Source of the DNA: Octopus vulgaris
Taxonomy: Eukaryota
Assembly: GCA_951406725.2 (NCBI GenBank)
Contig: OX597820.1
Location: 36,146,001-36,210,000 of the forward strand
DNA length: 64,000 nt
Reading direction: 5' to 3'
Position numbers and translations under genes: made by a program. Shown here in pieces: positions 1 to 12,310 of this stretch; the stretch's first letter is position 1, and every line of letters begins with the position of its first letter. Under the pieces are notes generated by a model. That model had not been told where the DNA came from. It searched no databases and worked only from the letters and a program-made list of their open reading frames with translations.

Positions 1-2230
1 ATAACTGGGACAGCTAAAGTGTTAATACCTATTATCTTGTTTTTAGCATTGAGCTCTGTTTTTAGTATTGATCCAACTCGTCTATAATATTCTTTTTTTA
101 TTTTCTCTTTCATTTGTGTGTGTTGTGTCTTATCTAGTTCATGGATTCCTAAGTACTTGTAAGTTTGGCTTTGATCTAATTATTTTATTTCATTGGTTTT
201 ATCTAGTGTGATGTTGCTACTCTTAACTAGTTTTCCTCTTTTCATGGTTACTTTGGCACATTTTTCTAATCCAAATTTCATATCTATTTCGTTGGTAAAT
301 CCATGAACTGTCTTTAATAGTGTTTGCAGCGTATAGTTTTAGGTCATCCTTATATAAAAGGTGGCTGATCGTTTTGCTGTAACATTTATATCCGCATCCA
401 GTTCTATTTAGCATATCAGATAGAGGTGACAGTGCCAAGCAGAAAAGGAGTGGCGAGAGCGTGTCTCCCTGGAATATTCCTCTTCTAATGGGGATGGCTT
501 TGGTTTTCATGAGTCCCTCTTTTGTTTGGAGCTGTAGCACTGTTTGCCATTTATTCATAGAGTGCCCTATGAATTTTATAATTGTTGGTGCTACTTTGTT
601 AATGGCTAGTGTTTCGAGGATCCATGGGTGGGGGATGCTATCAAACGCCTTTTTGTAGTCGATCCAGGCCATACTGAGGTCTTTCTTCTTTCTGTGGCTG
701 CCTTCAGTTATGGCTTTATTAATCATTAGTTGATCTTTACAGCCATATGAGCCTTTGCAGCATCCTTTCTGCTCTTCTGGAAACAGGTTGTTTTCGTCCA
801 GGTGCTTGTTCAACCTTTGCGATATCACTGCAGTAAATGCCTTGTACATTGTAGGGAGACAGGTTATTGGTCTGTAGTTTTCTGGTTTTGCTGTCTCATT
901 TGATTTGAGAATTAAGATGGTTTTCCCCTTCGTGAGCCATTCAGGCATTGTCTCTGGCTCTGCTAGTATGTTGTTAAAGTTTTCAGCCAGCTTTTTGTGC
1001 ATTCCTGTTAGATATTTCAACCAGAAGTTGGGGATCTTGTCATGCCCAGGTGCCTTCCAGTTGCTTAGTTTTTGCAGTGCCTGGGTGACCTCTTCAATTG
1101 TTATGGGGGTCCAAAGTTGCTCAGATGCTGAGTTTGTTGTTTTGATACTCCTTTATTTTGGTTGTTCGTTCACCGACCATATTTCCCTCCAGAATTCTTC
1201 CACTTCTTCTGCCATTGGTGCTGCAGTGATTTCTATTTTATTTTTACCAAGTTCTTGGTAGAACTTTTTGGGGTTGGAGTTGAACTTTTTGTTTTGTTCA
1301 AAGAAGCGCTGGCGTTTCTCGTACCGGCGAATCCTTTGTGCTTTGGCAAGGATATCTTGCTTCAGCTTTTCTTTTATCTCAGGTAAATCTTTTTCTGTGA
1401 TGTTATATTTGCGGAATATTTTTGTTTTCTTTTTGTTGCTCAGTAGCGTTGATTGTCTGCTGATTTCATTAAGAATCGACAGATCTTTTCTCATTTTTTG
1501 TATTTTGTTTTGGATGTTATTTATCCACAGGGTTTGTTTGGGTGGTGGTACCCCTGTTTGGATGGGTTTGAGTGAGTATCCAGCTTCTTTTGTGGTTGCA
1601 GTGGCTGCTGCGTATACTAAGTCATTTAGCTCAGTGATATCGCTTTTTGTTTCAGTGGCTATTAGTTCCGTGACAGCTAGGTTTATGCTGTTTATAATTG
1701 GTGTTGTTGTTTCGTCTATTTTGATTTTTGGGAGGTATGGTCGGTGGTCCATTTTGAGCTTTGTGGTTTTCAGTTCTTTGATTATTTTACTTTTTATATT
1801 ATCATTGTTTCCAGGTTTTAGATTTGTGTCGCTTTCTTTCTTATTTATATGTTTGTTTGCCGTGTTTTGGCTTGCTGTTTGTCGTGTATTATTATGCATC
1901 CTTATGGTCTGGGTTTGTTGTTTTTTGTTTACATCGTGTTTGTTGGGAATGTTACGTTTGTCTTCGTGTTTTACTGTTTCAGTGTTTATATTATTGGGCA
2001 TTGTTGTGTGGCTTCTATCTACATTTTCCTGGTGTATTTTTTTCTTTTAGATGTTCTATTTCTATTTCTGATATTTTTTTTGCGTTGAGAATGTATCTTC
2101 GTACGTTAGCTAGTTTATTAGGGTTCATTGCTGCATCCAAGTCTATATTTATGTTATTTTCCTTCCATATTTTATATGTATGTGTTGTTGTGCTTTCTGT
2201 TATTTTCCTTCCATATTTTATATGTATGTG
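1..2230 (-). mobile_element. R4/Dong-clade non-LTR retrotransposon, 5' part through the RT domain, disrupted; runs off the window start
   Basis: ORFs 1153..2001 and 223..1020 contain RIRRYEKRQRFFEQNKKF, NYRPITCLPTMYK, WIDYKKAFDSIPH, RGIFQGDTLSPLLF and HLLYKDDLKL. There are stops and frameshifts between the pieces. The 5' end abuts (GAA)n(TAA)n. Confidence 0.9.
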
Positions 2231-2239
2231 TTGTTGTGT

Positions 2240-2260
2240 TTTCTTCTTCTTCTTCTTCTT

Positions 2261-2355
<95 letters not shown>

Positions 2356-2362
2356 TATTATT
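2240..2362. repeat. Compound (TTC)n(TTA)n microsatellite
   Basis: Directly visible. Confidence 0.98.
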
Positions 2363-2367
2363 GTGGT

Positions 2368-3610
2368 AAGGCAGTGAGCTGGCAGAATTGCTAGCATGCT
2401 GGACAAAATGCTTAGTGGTATTTTGCCCATCACTACGTTCTGAGTTCAAATTCTGCCAAGGTTGACTTTACCTTTCATTCTTTTGGGGTCAATAAAGTAC
2501 CAGTTGAGTATTGGGGTCGATGTGATCAACTATCCCTGCCCCCAAATTTCAGGTCGTGTTTCTATAATAGAAAGGATTATTATTCTTTTCTCCTCTAGGC
2601 ACAAGGCCCGAAATTTTTTGGGAGGAGTCCAATCAATTAGATCAACTCCAGTATTCAACTGGTTCTTAATTTATCGACCCTGAAAGGATGACAGGTAATA
2701 GAAAGGATTATTATTACCATCATTGTTAAGGCAGCGAGCTAGCAGAATCATTAGCAAGCTAGATGAAATGCTTAGCAGTATTTTGCCCGTTGCTATGTTC
2801 TGAGTTCAAATTCTGCTGAGGTCAACTCTTTGATTTTCATCCTTTCAGGGTTGATAAATTAAGCACCAGTCAGGTTCTGGGGTCAATGTGATCGACTTCC
2901 CTCCAACCCAAAAAAATTTCCGGCTTGTGCCTTTCGTGGAAAGGATTATTATCATTATTGCGCACCATTTGAGTGTGATCATTACCAGCATCGCCTTACT
3001 GGCACTTGTGCTCCGTGCTAGTAGGGTGCTAAGAGCACCATTCGAGCATGATTGTTGCCAGAGCGGCTAACTGGCTTCTGTGCCGGTGGCATGTAAAAGG
3101 CACCATTTGAGCATGATCGTTACCAACGTCGCCTTACTGGCACGTGTAAAAGCATTTGAGCAAGGTCATTGCCAGTACTGCCTGACTGGCCCCTATGCTG
3201 GTAGCATGTAAAAGCACTCACTACACTCTTGGAGTGGTTGGCATTAGGAAGGGCATCCAGCTGTAGAAACTCTGCCAGATCAAGATTGGAGCCTGGTACA
3301 GCCATCTGGTTCACCAGCCCTCAGTCAAATCGTCCAACCCATGCTAGCATGGAAAGCGGACATTAAACGATGATGATGATGATGATGATTGTTAAGGCTG
3401 TGAGCTGGTAGAATCATTAGTATGCCGAGCAAAATGCTTAACAGCATTTCGTCTGTCCTTACATTCTGTGTTCAAATTCCACCAAGGTTGACTTTGCCTT
3501 TCATCCTTTTGGGATTGATGAAATAAGTACCAGTTGAGCACTGGGGTTCATATAATCGACTAGCCCGTCCCCAAAATTTAGGCCTTGTGCCTAAAGTAGA
3601 AAGGATTATT
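2368..3610 (+). mobile_element. Cluster of tRNA-type SINEs (~2368-2580, 2727-2950, 3393-3610; inverted partial ~2590-2695) plus an RTE 3'-end repeat (~2960-3390)
   Basis: Head aaggc.gcgagctggcagaa...gagttcaaatt (A/B-box-like), core cctttcatcctttcggggtcgataaa and (ATT)n tail. Further copies lie near 12452, 17266, 17385, 19985, 22063, 25066, 25301, 38890, 49398, 49620(-), 51150(-), 52003 and 63365(-). Confidence 0.85.
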
Positions 3611-3639
3611 ATTATTATTGTTGTTGTTGTTACTGTTAA

Positions 3640-3703
<64 letters not shown>

Positions 3704-3999
3704 TGATGAAAACTCTCAGCTTATTTCGCTGGGTATGATGGAAAGTGTCAGCTATCCACAGCCAGCAGACTAAGGTAACACTTGTTTACTGGTCATGCTT
3801 CAAGAACCCTGCAAAGAAATCTTACAGTTCCAAACAATGCTGAATTTTGTAGGTGTTTTACCTTTACATTTGTAGCAGTCTTTTTGATTCATGTTGGTAG
3901 TTGAGTGCCAATACTTCCAACTGCACCTATTACTATTGGTATCACACCTGCTTTCTTCATTAAATACAACCTTCATATTACCCACTTCAAATCAATTTT

Positions 4000-4305
4000 A
4001 ATGATGCCAGCCTTCTTCACATGTTTCAACAATGGTTCCATGGTTTCAGACCTGTTTTCAGAGGCTGGATTACTGCAATGCACAGCAGCACCTGCTTGGT
4101 GGTCAAAGTAAATGGCCACCTATTGGAACTATTTAGTATCGTACATTCAGTCCGGCAGAGCTACCTGCTGCCACCTCTTCTGTATATGCTGGCTCTCAAG
4201 CCACTGCTGCAGAAGTTGGAACAATTAAGAGGCCTCCGTTTCAAAATTGAACTTAGGAGGGAAGTGTCAGCATACACAGATGACGTCACCATCATGGTGT
4301 CAGAA
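4000..4305 (+). mobile_element. L1/Tx1-like reverse transcriptase fragment
   Basis: VKVNGHL...SVRQSYLLPPLLY...SAYTDDVTI, degenerate RT motifs. Confidence 0.7.
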
Positions 4306-4451
4306 TATAGTTTACAATACTTATAATCTTATGCAAAGTATCATTTAAAATGGCAGATTTTGCACAGAGATTTTGCTGATGTAAAATACAATGAAAAGAA
4401 ATCAGTTCACTTGGATCTTTGGTTTCTCTTTCAAGATGTGCAATAAATCCT

Positions 4452-6437
4452 TCTGGATCAGGTAATGAAGGTTACGGAAAGGGTCATAGCCCAACTGATT
4501 AGAGAGAGAGTCAACCTGGATGAGATGCAGTTTGGTTTCGTGCCAGGGAAAAGCACCACCGATGCCATATTTCTGGTGAGACAGCTGCAGGAGAAATACC
4601 TAGCCAAAGATAAAACTCTGTACCTGGCTTTCATTGACTTGGAGAAAGCCTTTGACAGGGTCCCCCGATCCCTTATCTGGTGGTCAATGAGGAAACTAGG
4701 GATAGATGAATGGTTAGTGAGAGCTGTGCATGCCATGTACAGGGACGCTGTTAGTAAGGTGAGGGTTGGCTACGAGTACAGTGAAGAATTCCTGGTGGAG
4801 GTTTGGGTCCACCAAGGCTCAGTCCTCAGCCCCCTCCTATTTATCATAGTCCTCCAGGCAATAACAGAGGAATTCAAGACAGGATGCCCCTGGGAGCTCT
4901 TCTATGCTGATGACCTTGCTCTAATTGCTGAATCACTATCAGAACTCGAGGAGAAGTTTTAGGTGTGGAAGCAAGGATTAGAATCGAAGGGCCTTAGAGT
5001 CAATCTAGCAAAAACCAAAGTCCTAATTAGTAGGAAGGTAGACAAATCTCAAACGCCTTCAGGTAGATGGCCCTGCTTGATCTGTAGAAAAGGCGTAGGT
5101 AGAAACTCTATAAGATGCACCAAGTGTAAGCTATGGACACATAAGAGGTGCAGCAATGTCAAAGGAAGGCTAACTAGGAATATAGTTTTTGTATGTGGCA
5201 GATGCTCTGGTGCAATAAACACTGAAAATGCGAGACCAACTTCCGCCACATTCCAGGGAGAAAAACTAGAAATAGTTGATAGTTTCTGTTACCTAGGTGA
5301 TCAAGTCAGTAGCGGGGGTGGGTGTGCCGAAAGTGTAACTGCTAGAGTAAGAATAGCCTGGGCAAAGTTCAGAGAGCTCTTACCTCTGCTGGTGACAAAA
5401 GGCCTCTTGCTCAGAGTAAAAGGCAGACTGTATGACACATGTGTACGAACAGCCATGCTACATGGCAGTGAAACATGGGCCGTGACTGCTGAGGATATGC
5501 GTAAGCTCGCAAGAAATGAAGCCAGTATGCTCCGATGGATGTGTAATGTCAGTGTTCATACCCGACAGAGTGTAAGTGTCTTGAGAGAAAAGCTGGACCT
5601 AAGAAGCATCAGATGTGGTGTGCAAGAGAGACGTCTACACTGTTATGGACATGTGGTAAGAATGGATGAAGATAGTTGTGTGAAAAAGTGCCAAACCCTA
5701 GCGATTGAGGGAACCTGTGGAAGAGGTAGACCCAGGAAAACCTGGGACGAGGTGGTGAAACATGACCTTTGCTCTTTAGGTCTCACCAAGGAAATGACCA
5801 GAGACCGAGACCATTGGAAGTATGCTGTGCGTGAGAAGACCCGGCAGGACAAGTGAGGCCACAACCCGTGGGCCCTACTTGGGATGTAGTCAGTCCACCT
5901 GTGCATACCTTCCTTCTTGGGACACATAACTCTACTTATGAAGACCTGTTGAGTCAAGTGAAAATCAAAGAATCAAATCAAATCAAAATCGAAATCAATC
6001 AACATCAATGGAATTTGTAGTTTGTGGTACCAGTGCCGGTGGCACATAAGAGAACCATCCGAACGTGGCCGTAGCCAGCACCGCATTGACTGGCCTTCGT
6101 GCTGGTGGCACGTAACAAACACCATCCGATCGTGGCCGTGCCAGCCTCACCTGGCCTCCGTGCCAGCCTCACCTGGCCTCCGTGCCGGTGGCACGTAAAA
6201 AACACCATCTGAGCGTGGCCGTTCACCAGCCTCGTCTGGCACCTGTGTCGGTGGCACATAAAAAGCATCCACTACACTCACGGAGTAGTTGGCATTAGGA
6301 AGGGCATCCAGCTGTTGAAACACCGCCAGATCTGACTGGCCTGGTGCAGCCGTCGGGCTTCCCAGACCCCAGTTGAACCGTCCAACCCATGCTAGCATGG
6401 AAAGCAGACGTTAAACGATGATGATGATGAGGATGAT
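4452..6437 (+). mobile_element. RTE-clade LINE, 5'-truncated, one premature stop, with a PHD-like finger, 3' UTR and (GAT)n tail
   Basis: ORFs 4465..4962 and 4963..5856 are in one frame, split by a TAG. Motifs QFGFVPGKSTTDAIF, FIDLEKAFDRV, HQGSVLSPLLF, YADDL, FCYLG, GRGRPRKTW. The tail is gttaaacgatgatgatg. Confidence 0.93.
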
Positions 6438-7200
6438 GATTCTTAGCCATCATAGCTGGAGCACCTTCCGTGCACACGCTTAGCAAATTACTAACATTTA
6501 GTCGTACTTTGTGGCATTGCTCTTTGAAGTTGTTAAAAATATCTATCCCTCGCATCCTTTCTTTAAGGGTGCCAGAAGCAAGCACTTCATCAGTTATAGC
6601 ATAAATAAAATACAATATCTGTGCTGAATCATTGGAATCTGTTGATTTCATCCAAAGCTACTGAATAATATACATTTTCTTTGTGGATTATATTTTTCAG
6701 CTGCTCTGTTACATCACATACCAATTCATGCTGTCGATCTGTATTAGTTTTCCTTGAAAGAGGCACCTCCTTATATTTGTTAGCTTTATCTGGATCTATA
6801 CATCTTACCACTTCTAAAATACATTCCCTTATAAGTTCTGAATCGATGAATGGTTTACCTTTTTTTCCAAGCAAATATGCAACTTTATACCTTGTTTCTG
6901 TTGCACCATTCCCTTGATGTAAACAGAATGGAAAAATTGTCTTTGCTTTTGTTTTCCATCTTTCAGTTTCTGCAGTGCTATCTTTTGAGACTCACCCTCT
7001 AATTTGGCATATTTATTGTCTTTATGAAGAGTATAATGCTGCTGTGCATTTAATTTCTTAACCTTTACAATTTCAGTATCACAAAGGAAACAAGACATTT
7101 TGCCTCCACTATTCACTAAAAAGTATTGTAATTCCCATTCTTCATTGAAGATCCTATTTTCTTCTTTCAAAGTTCATTTCAATTTCTTCAACATACTTAT
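6438..7200 (-). mobile_element. hAT transposase fragment (GTF2IRD2/SPIN/Charlie-like), frameshifted, truncated by the RTE insertion
   Basis: RIFNEEWELQYF..CFLC..HYTLH, KKGKPFIDSELIREC, VPLSRKT, YSVALDE, CTEGAPAM across ORFs 6829..7170, 6629..6874 and 6295..6651. Confidence 0.85.
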
Positions 7201-8849
7201 GGGTTGAAAATTGTTTTTATTCTGAAATACCAATAAAAAATAAAAGAATGATAATGAATTAGTAAGGCTGGTTGCACGCTGACCCAGAAAAAACAATCTC
7301 GGATAAGATATGATATACCTACATCCCAAACCATATTCTTGGTCTTGAATTTGGCAATTGTCACTACCATTCGAGAATAAATATCATCTTGATTCGTAAT
7401 ATTCTTTTCTGTAATTAGTACTATTATTTATCATTACCCATATTAATATAGAAATAATGTCAAATATCAACAGTTTTCAATCACAACAATGACAATTGAT
7501 AACGTCATGACCAAGATTCCAAGAACATGGTTTCGGATGCTGATTGATCGTGTCTTAGCTAAGACCATTTTATCTGGAACAATGTGCAGTAGGCCTAACA
7601 GAATAGCAATGAATTTGATCATTGTTACTAATTAAGTCTCAGTAATAAAAAGGAAGTCTGCAAAACAACGCATGCACTGGTGAATGTATGCTTTCGAATG
7701 AGGATGTAACTAACTCAAGCTTACAATCTCACAAGTCACTACGAACTTAGTCACAACTACAGTTAACTGAGTACTAATAGTGCAGACCACAGTGAGGAAG
7801 TAGATGAGACAAGAACTCTGCATATATTGTGCATGAAGTCACTGAGTAGTACGTAGCACAAACCATAGCAAGGAGGTATACGAGACAGGAACTCTACATG
7901 TATCACGCTTGAGGTCACTCACTCCCACTAGGCTGGTGTGACCAACAAGGAAATGTTGCCTTTATAGCCATGTTGCTTTAAGTTTATATTCATTAGGTTC
8001 ATACAAAAATGCTTCCACTTTCTGGAAGTGACATCACTGAACTCAGTTATTTTCTCTCTCATATATGTGTGTGTGTATTGTAAATTTATGCATAAAAACT
8101 ATAGACAAAAACAATCAAGGTCTTAAAAGGAGTGGTTGGCGTTAGGAAGGGCATCCAGCCGTAGAAACATTGCCAGATCAGACTGGGCCTGGTGCAGCCT
8201 TCTGGCTTCCCAGACCCCAGTTGCACCGTCCAACCCATGCCAGCATGGAAAGCGGACGCTAAACGATGATGATGATGATGATTAACATTTACATCAAAGG
8301 CTGCAGAGGGCTGCACTTGTTGATCTAGGTCGCAGGTTCCCCATCCCTGTCCTTTACCATCACTTTTCCTAATGTTAGCATAACTTCCCATGTATGTAAG
8401 TTCCATTTCTGTAGATTTAGTCATCCTTGACTAAGATTACACAACCAGAGATAATGTGGTTAACTGTTTCTTACCCATCTCCGCATATTCTGCATTTACA
8501 ACATTCACTTTCATTATATGCTTTTAGCGGTTTCTGATGAAGTGTGGGTGGCTTTGACCCTGTTCTTTAATAAAAAATCATTCAGTTTCTGCTCTGAGTC
8601 CCTCATATCTTGTCCAGTGATGGGATTTTTCTTTGGCTGTTCCCACTCTGTTCAGATTTTTCCAGTATTGGCCTTACTTTCTTTTTAATCCTGGAAGGCT
8701 GTTGTCCCAATTTTAACTTAGATTTAAGCTGTCACACAATTTCTATTGTTGCTTTTCTGTTTATTTCATTACCATATGTTACTGTGTCTTCTGTTTCATA
8801 ATTGTTGGTTTCCTTGTAGACAAGGGGACAGTTTTTAGATTTCTGTCAT

Positions 8850-9073
8850 CTTTTATCCTTTACATGTTTCAGTTATTGACTGCAGCCATGCTGGAGCACT
8901 TCCTTGAAGGGTTTAGTTAAACAAATGATACCAGTTCTTATATTTTCATCTGTTACTTATTTTATTAATCTCTTTCACCAAACTGCCAAGACATGGGAAC
9001 GTAAACAAACTAACACCAGTTGTAAAGCAGTGTATGGTACAAATGCAAACACTAACACACACACACATATGCA

Positions 9074-9114
<41 letters not shown>

Positions 9115-9610
9115 GTTTCCAAACAGCTTCCACCTATCAAATTTACACACAAGGCATCAGTTAGCCTGCACGATAGTAGGAGATGCTTGCCCAAGATGCT
9201 GTGCAGTGGGACTGAACCTGAAATCACAAGGTTGCAAAACAAGCTTCTTAACCACACAGCTATGCCTACTCCTATTTTTTATCCTTTACTTGTGTCAGTC
9301 ATTAGACTATGGCCATGCTGGCAATTTTTAGTTGAATGAATTTATCCCAGTACTTATTCTATCAGTTTCTTTTCCCAAACCGCTAAGTTACAAGGACATA
9401 AGTACATCAACACTGGCTGTCAAGTTGTGGTGGAGGGACACAGACAGACAGACAGACACACACACACACACACATTTATTTATACATACAGCAAGCTTCT
9501 TTCAGTTTCTTCCTATCAAATACACCCACAAGGCTTTGATCAGCCCAAGGCTATTGTGGAAGACACTTGCCCAAGGTGCCATGCAGTGGGACTGAACCTA
9601 GAACTATAGC
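8850..9610 (-). mobile_element. Two tandem copies of a second tRNA-type SINE family with internal (CA)n
   Basis: Shared cttgcccaag...gcagtgggactgaacct segments. Related copies lie near 51895(-) and 52550(+). Confidence 0.75.
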
Positions 9611-9699
9611 TATTTGCATTAATTTTCCTTAATTCTGTCAGCTGTTTTTAACATTAAGTTTTTATAATACCATCAAGAGCTCTATGTTTGATTAAAATA

Positions 9700-11105
9700 T
9701 CAATATCTATAAAGCTGAAATATGAAAAATTTGTTTGTCTCATTTTGAGATGGGAACGGTTTAAGGGCCAGTAGATGGGGTCAGATTGACTCCAAAATTT
9801 ACGGGGACATGTAAAAAGAGGCGAGGAAGCGACTGGACTAGGTTAGAAACCCGTATCTCAAAAGCTTTGGTTACTAGGGCAACAAAACCCAGACTTTGCC
9901 AAGTGTTTGCTGTTTCTCACTTTTGGATATCACCCTGTCTTCCTTGATCTTTCACTTTCCTTCCTTCCCTCCACTTTTCATCAATATCTATAAAGCTGAA
10001 ATGCGAAAAAGTTGTTCGATTTCTTGGTTATTTGTCTCATTTTGGGATGGGAATGGTTTAAAGGGAGGTAGATGGGGTCGGATTGGCACCAAAATTTACA
10101 CTGGGGGGTAAAATGGGGTGGGCAATGGTGTGAGGAAGGTTGCAAGTCACTCGGGGCTACCGTTTAGTTGCTATGGTGAGGAATATGGGAAAAATTGAGT
10201 TTTATGGGATAGACAGTTTGCGCTGTTTGAATAATGGTGGCTTTTCGTGTTGTTGTAGGGGCTAGATGCGGTTATCTTTAATCTAATCTATAAAATGAAG
10301 AAAACGAACGTTGATACAAATTAGATTTTTATGTAAAAAGGGGTCTAAATGTGGCTGGAAGGGGATTAAAATTTACAGGAGGGGGTAACTTGAGGTGAGA
10401 AATTGATTGGGAGACATTTTGGGGCACTACAGTGGTTGCTTTGCTGTGAAAACAGGGATTTTATTGATTTTTGGGGACACTTGGAGGCCTGGATTGGACA
10501 CCTTTTGCCTGATTTCAATCAAATTTTCAACATGGTGTAACAGGATCTGGAATTGGTATTAGTGAAGGGGTGTCCGATCCAATCCCGTCACATTCAATTT
10601 AGTTAAATATAACAGACGAAGTCAGGTTATCTGGGAAAGACAGCAAATGTTGTTTATTACTCGTGATGGTGTACCTATTTCTGAGGGGAAATGACAGCCG
10701 AATCTTTGTACTGCTTCTTGTTGGTTGATTGAAGTGATTCGATGTGGTCCGTTGCTAAGCCGGTGTAGAGTTCTCAGAGACTACCAAATGCACGTCTGTT
10801 CACGAGGGCTGAAAGTGCCAGAGAGAGTGAGTGAGTGGTCTGTGTTCTAGGGGTCAGTTTCCCGCACATGCGCATGGGGAAGACTTCCGGTGGCCACCCG
10901 GAAGTAGTCCCATTCTGCGCATGCGCACTGAACCTTACACAGCAGCATCACTACAATGGTAAAGTGAAAGTGGATTTGTAATTTAAGCGTGGAAAATGGG
11001 TTCAAAATTTTGAAAATTAAGGCAAGATTTAAGAAACAGAAAGGAAGCAACAGAAAGTAACAACCACAGCGTCACCCACACATAGAGCGGGTCACCTTAA
11101 GCTAG
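9700..11105 (+). mobile_element. Non-autonomous Helitron-like element with reiterated 5' end
   Basis: A|TC start tcaatatctataaagctgaaa at 9700 and again at 9981, with a variant at ~10282. The 3' hairpin acccac...gcgggt (11074-11092) is followed by CTAG|T at 11102-11106. Confidence 0.6.
10864..10927. promoter_or_regulatory. Symmetric NRF1/ETS(GABP)-type motif cluster
   Basis: gcacatgcgca (10864), acttccgg (10883), ccggaagt (10898), tgcgcatgcgca (10916). Motif match only. Confidence 0.45.
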
Positions 11106-11130
11106 TATGATATATAATTGCAGAATTTAA

Positions 11131-11999
11131 GGATCTTTTCACTTTGACTGGCAGATTTTTTAAAAAATTTCTTTGTAACTAAACACGTTTACACTTCATA
11201 TACTGGTAGAATGTGTTACATAAAACATCTTTCTCTCTTGGCTTTCTTGAGAAAATTCTGTAGAAAAAAGATAACCTTCCCTCCACTCCTAACCCTAACC
11301 CTAACCATAACCATAACCCTAACCCCACATATATAAAAAAATTAAAAAATTTTACGGAAAGTGACGATCTTCAAATGTAAACAAATGCATGTGTGTGGCC
11401 ATAAACTCAGGGGTCACTCGTAAACAGAGCTGGATAACAAAACCATTCCTTCTTTAGTGTCCACCCATAATTATGACTCTAGTATCAATCTATTGCATTT
11501 CAATCTGTTTTAGGGTTAGGGTTAGTGGTGGGGGGAAGGGTATCTTTTTCTTCAGAAATGTAAATAAACCCAATCTGTTTCTTAAATGAATATATAATAT
11601 GTAATGTATGTATCTGTGCAACAGAGAGGGAAATTAAAACTGCATATGTTGTGAACTTAGAATATGTGTTTATTAATAAAAGTTTAATAACGATAATATT
11701 TTATTCATACAAACGTAACTGATATGAAATATGTCATAAATAACAGTGACAAACTGAGATGACACCGCATTGACAAACAACAGCAGAAATTGTATTCACC
11801 TCAATAGACGTCATTGATTGGTTGAAATTGCTGAAATGCAAGAAATTTAACAAGAAATAGCTTACAAACTACAGAATTTTCTCAAGAAAACCAAGAGAAA
11901 AAAGTGTTTTATGTAACACACTACCAGTATACGAAGTTTAAAAGTGTTTAGTTACAAAGAAATTATTTTAAAAATCTACCGGTCAAAGTGAAAAGAACC
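11131..11999. mobile_element. MITE with ~130-bp TIRs and 8-bp TSD (Merlin-like)
   Basis: GGATCTTTTCACTTTGAC...GTCAAAGTGAAAAGAACC, flanked by gaatttaa (11123-11130) and gaatttca (12000-12007). Superfamily inferred from the GG termini and 8-bp TSD. Confidence 0.85.
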
Positions 12000-12058
12000 G
12001 AATTTCATTGAGTCTGTTGCTTGCTAATTCTTTTGGAAATTATCTTTAACCATTGCAG

Positions 12059-12238
12059 AAGGAAAAAAAGACCAACAGCAGAAAGGTCTGCCAGAGTGGC
12101 TCTATATCTCTGAGTTCTTTAAGCGGCACAACTGTTTTGGAAGCACTTGTGTCAAAAAGGCTGTGGAGAATTTGCTGCAACTTGAAAAATTTTTCCTAAG
12201 TGGAGTGCCAGCACCATCAGCAACTCCTTCCTGTACAG
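12059..12238 (+). CDS. CCDC178: CCDC178-like coiled-coil protein, visible exon 1 (an upstream coding exon was not found)
   Basis: ttgcag|...|gtaag. GLPEWLYISEFFKRHNCFGSTCVKKAVENLLQLE resembles the recalled CCDC178 N-terminal RRHSC...PCVNK motif. Phase 1/1. Confidence 0.75.
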
Positions 12239-12263
12239 GTAAGATTCTCAGGTGTTGTATGAA

Positions 12264-12310
<47 letters not shown>

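Noticed and set aside
2015-2449. ORFs with poly-N/K/I/L/S/Y runs (also 25471-25798, 26970-27293, 28870-29257, 41602-42101, 55162-56114)
   Set aside because: They are translations of tri- and dinucleotide microsatellites, not proteins.
4370-4461. Possible first coding exon of the CCDC178-like gene
   Set aside because: The apparent donor lies in RTE sequence and its phase (2) does not match exon 12059 (phase 1).
8285-8830. Coding-looking stretch on the - strand
   Set aside because: Stops in the frames examined and no recognisable motif or splice pattern. Possibly an old retroelement fragment, left unassigned.
11290-11325. True telomere or chromosome fusion scar
   Set aside because: Only a few hexamers, and they are enclosed by MITE TIRs.
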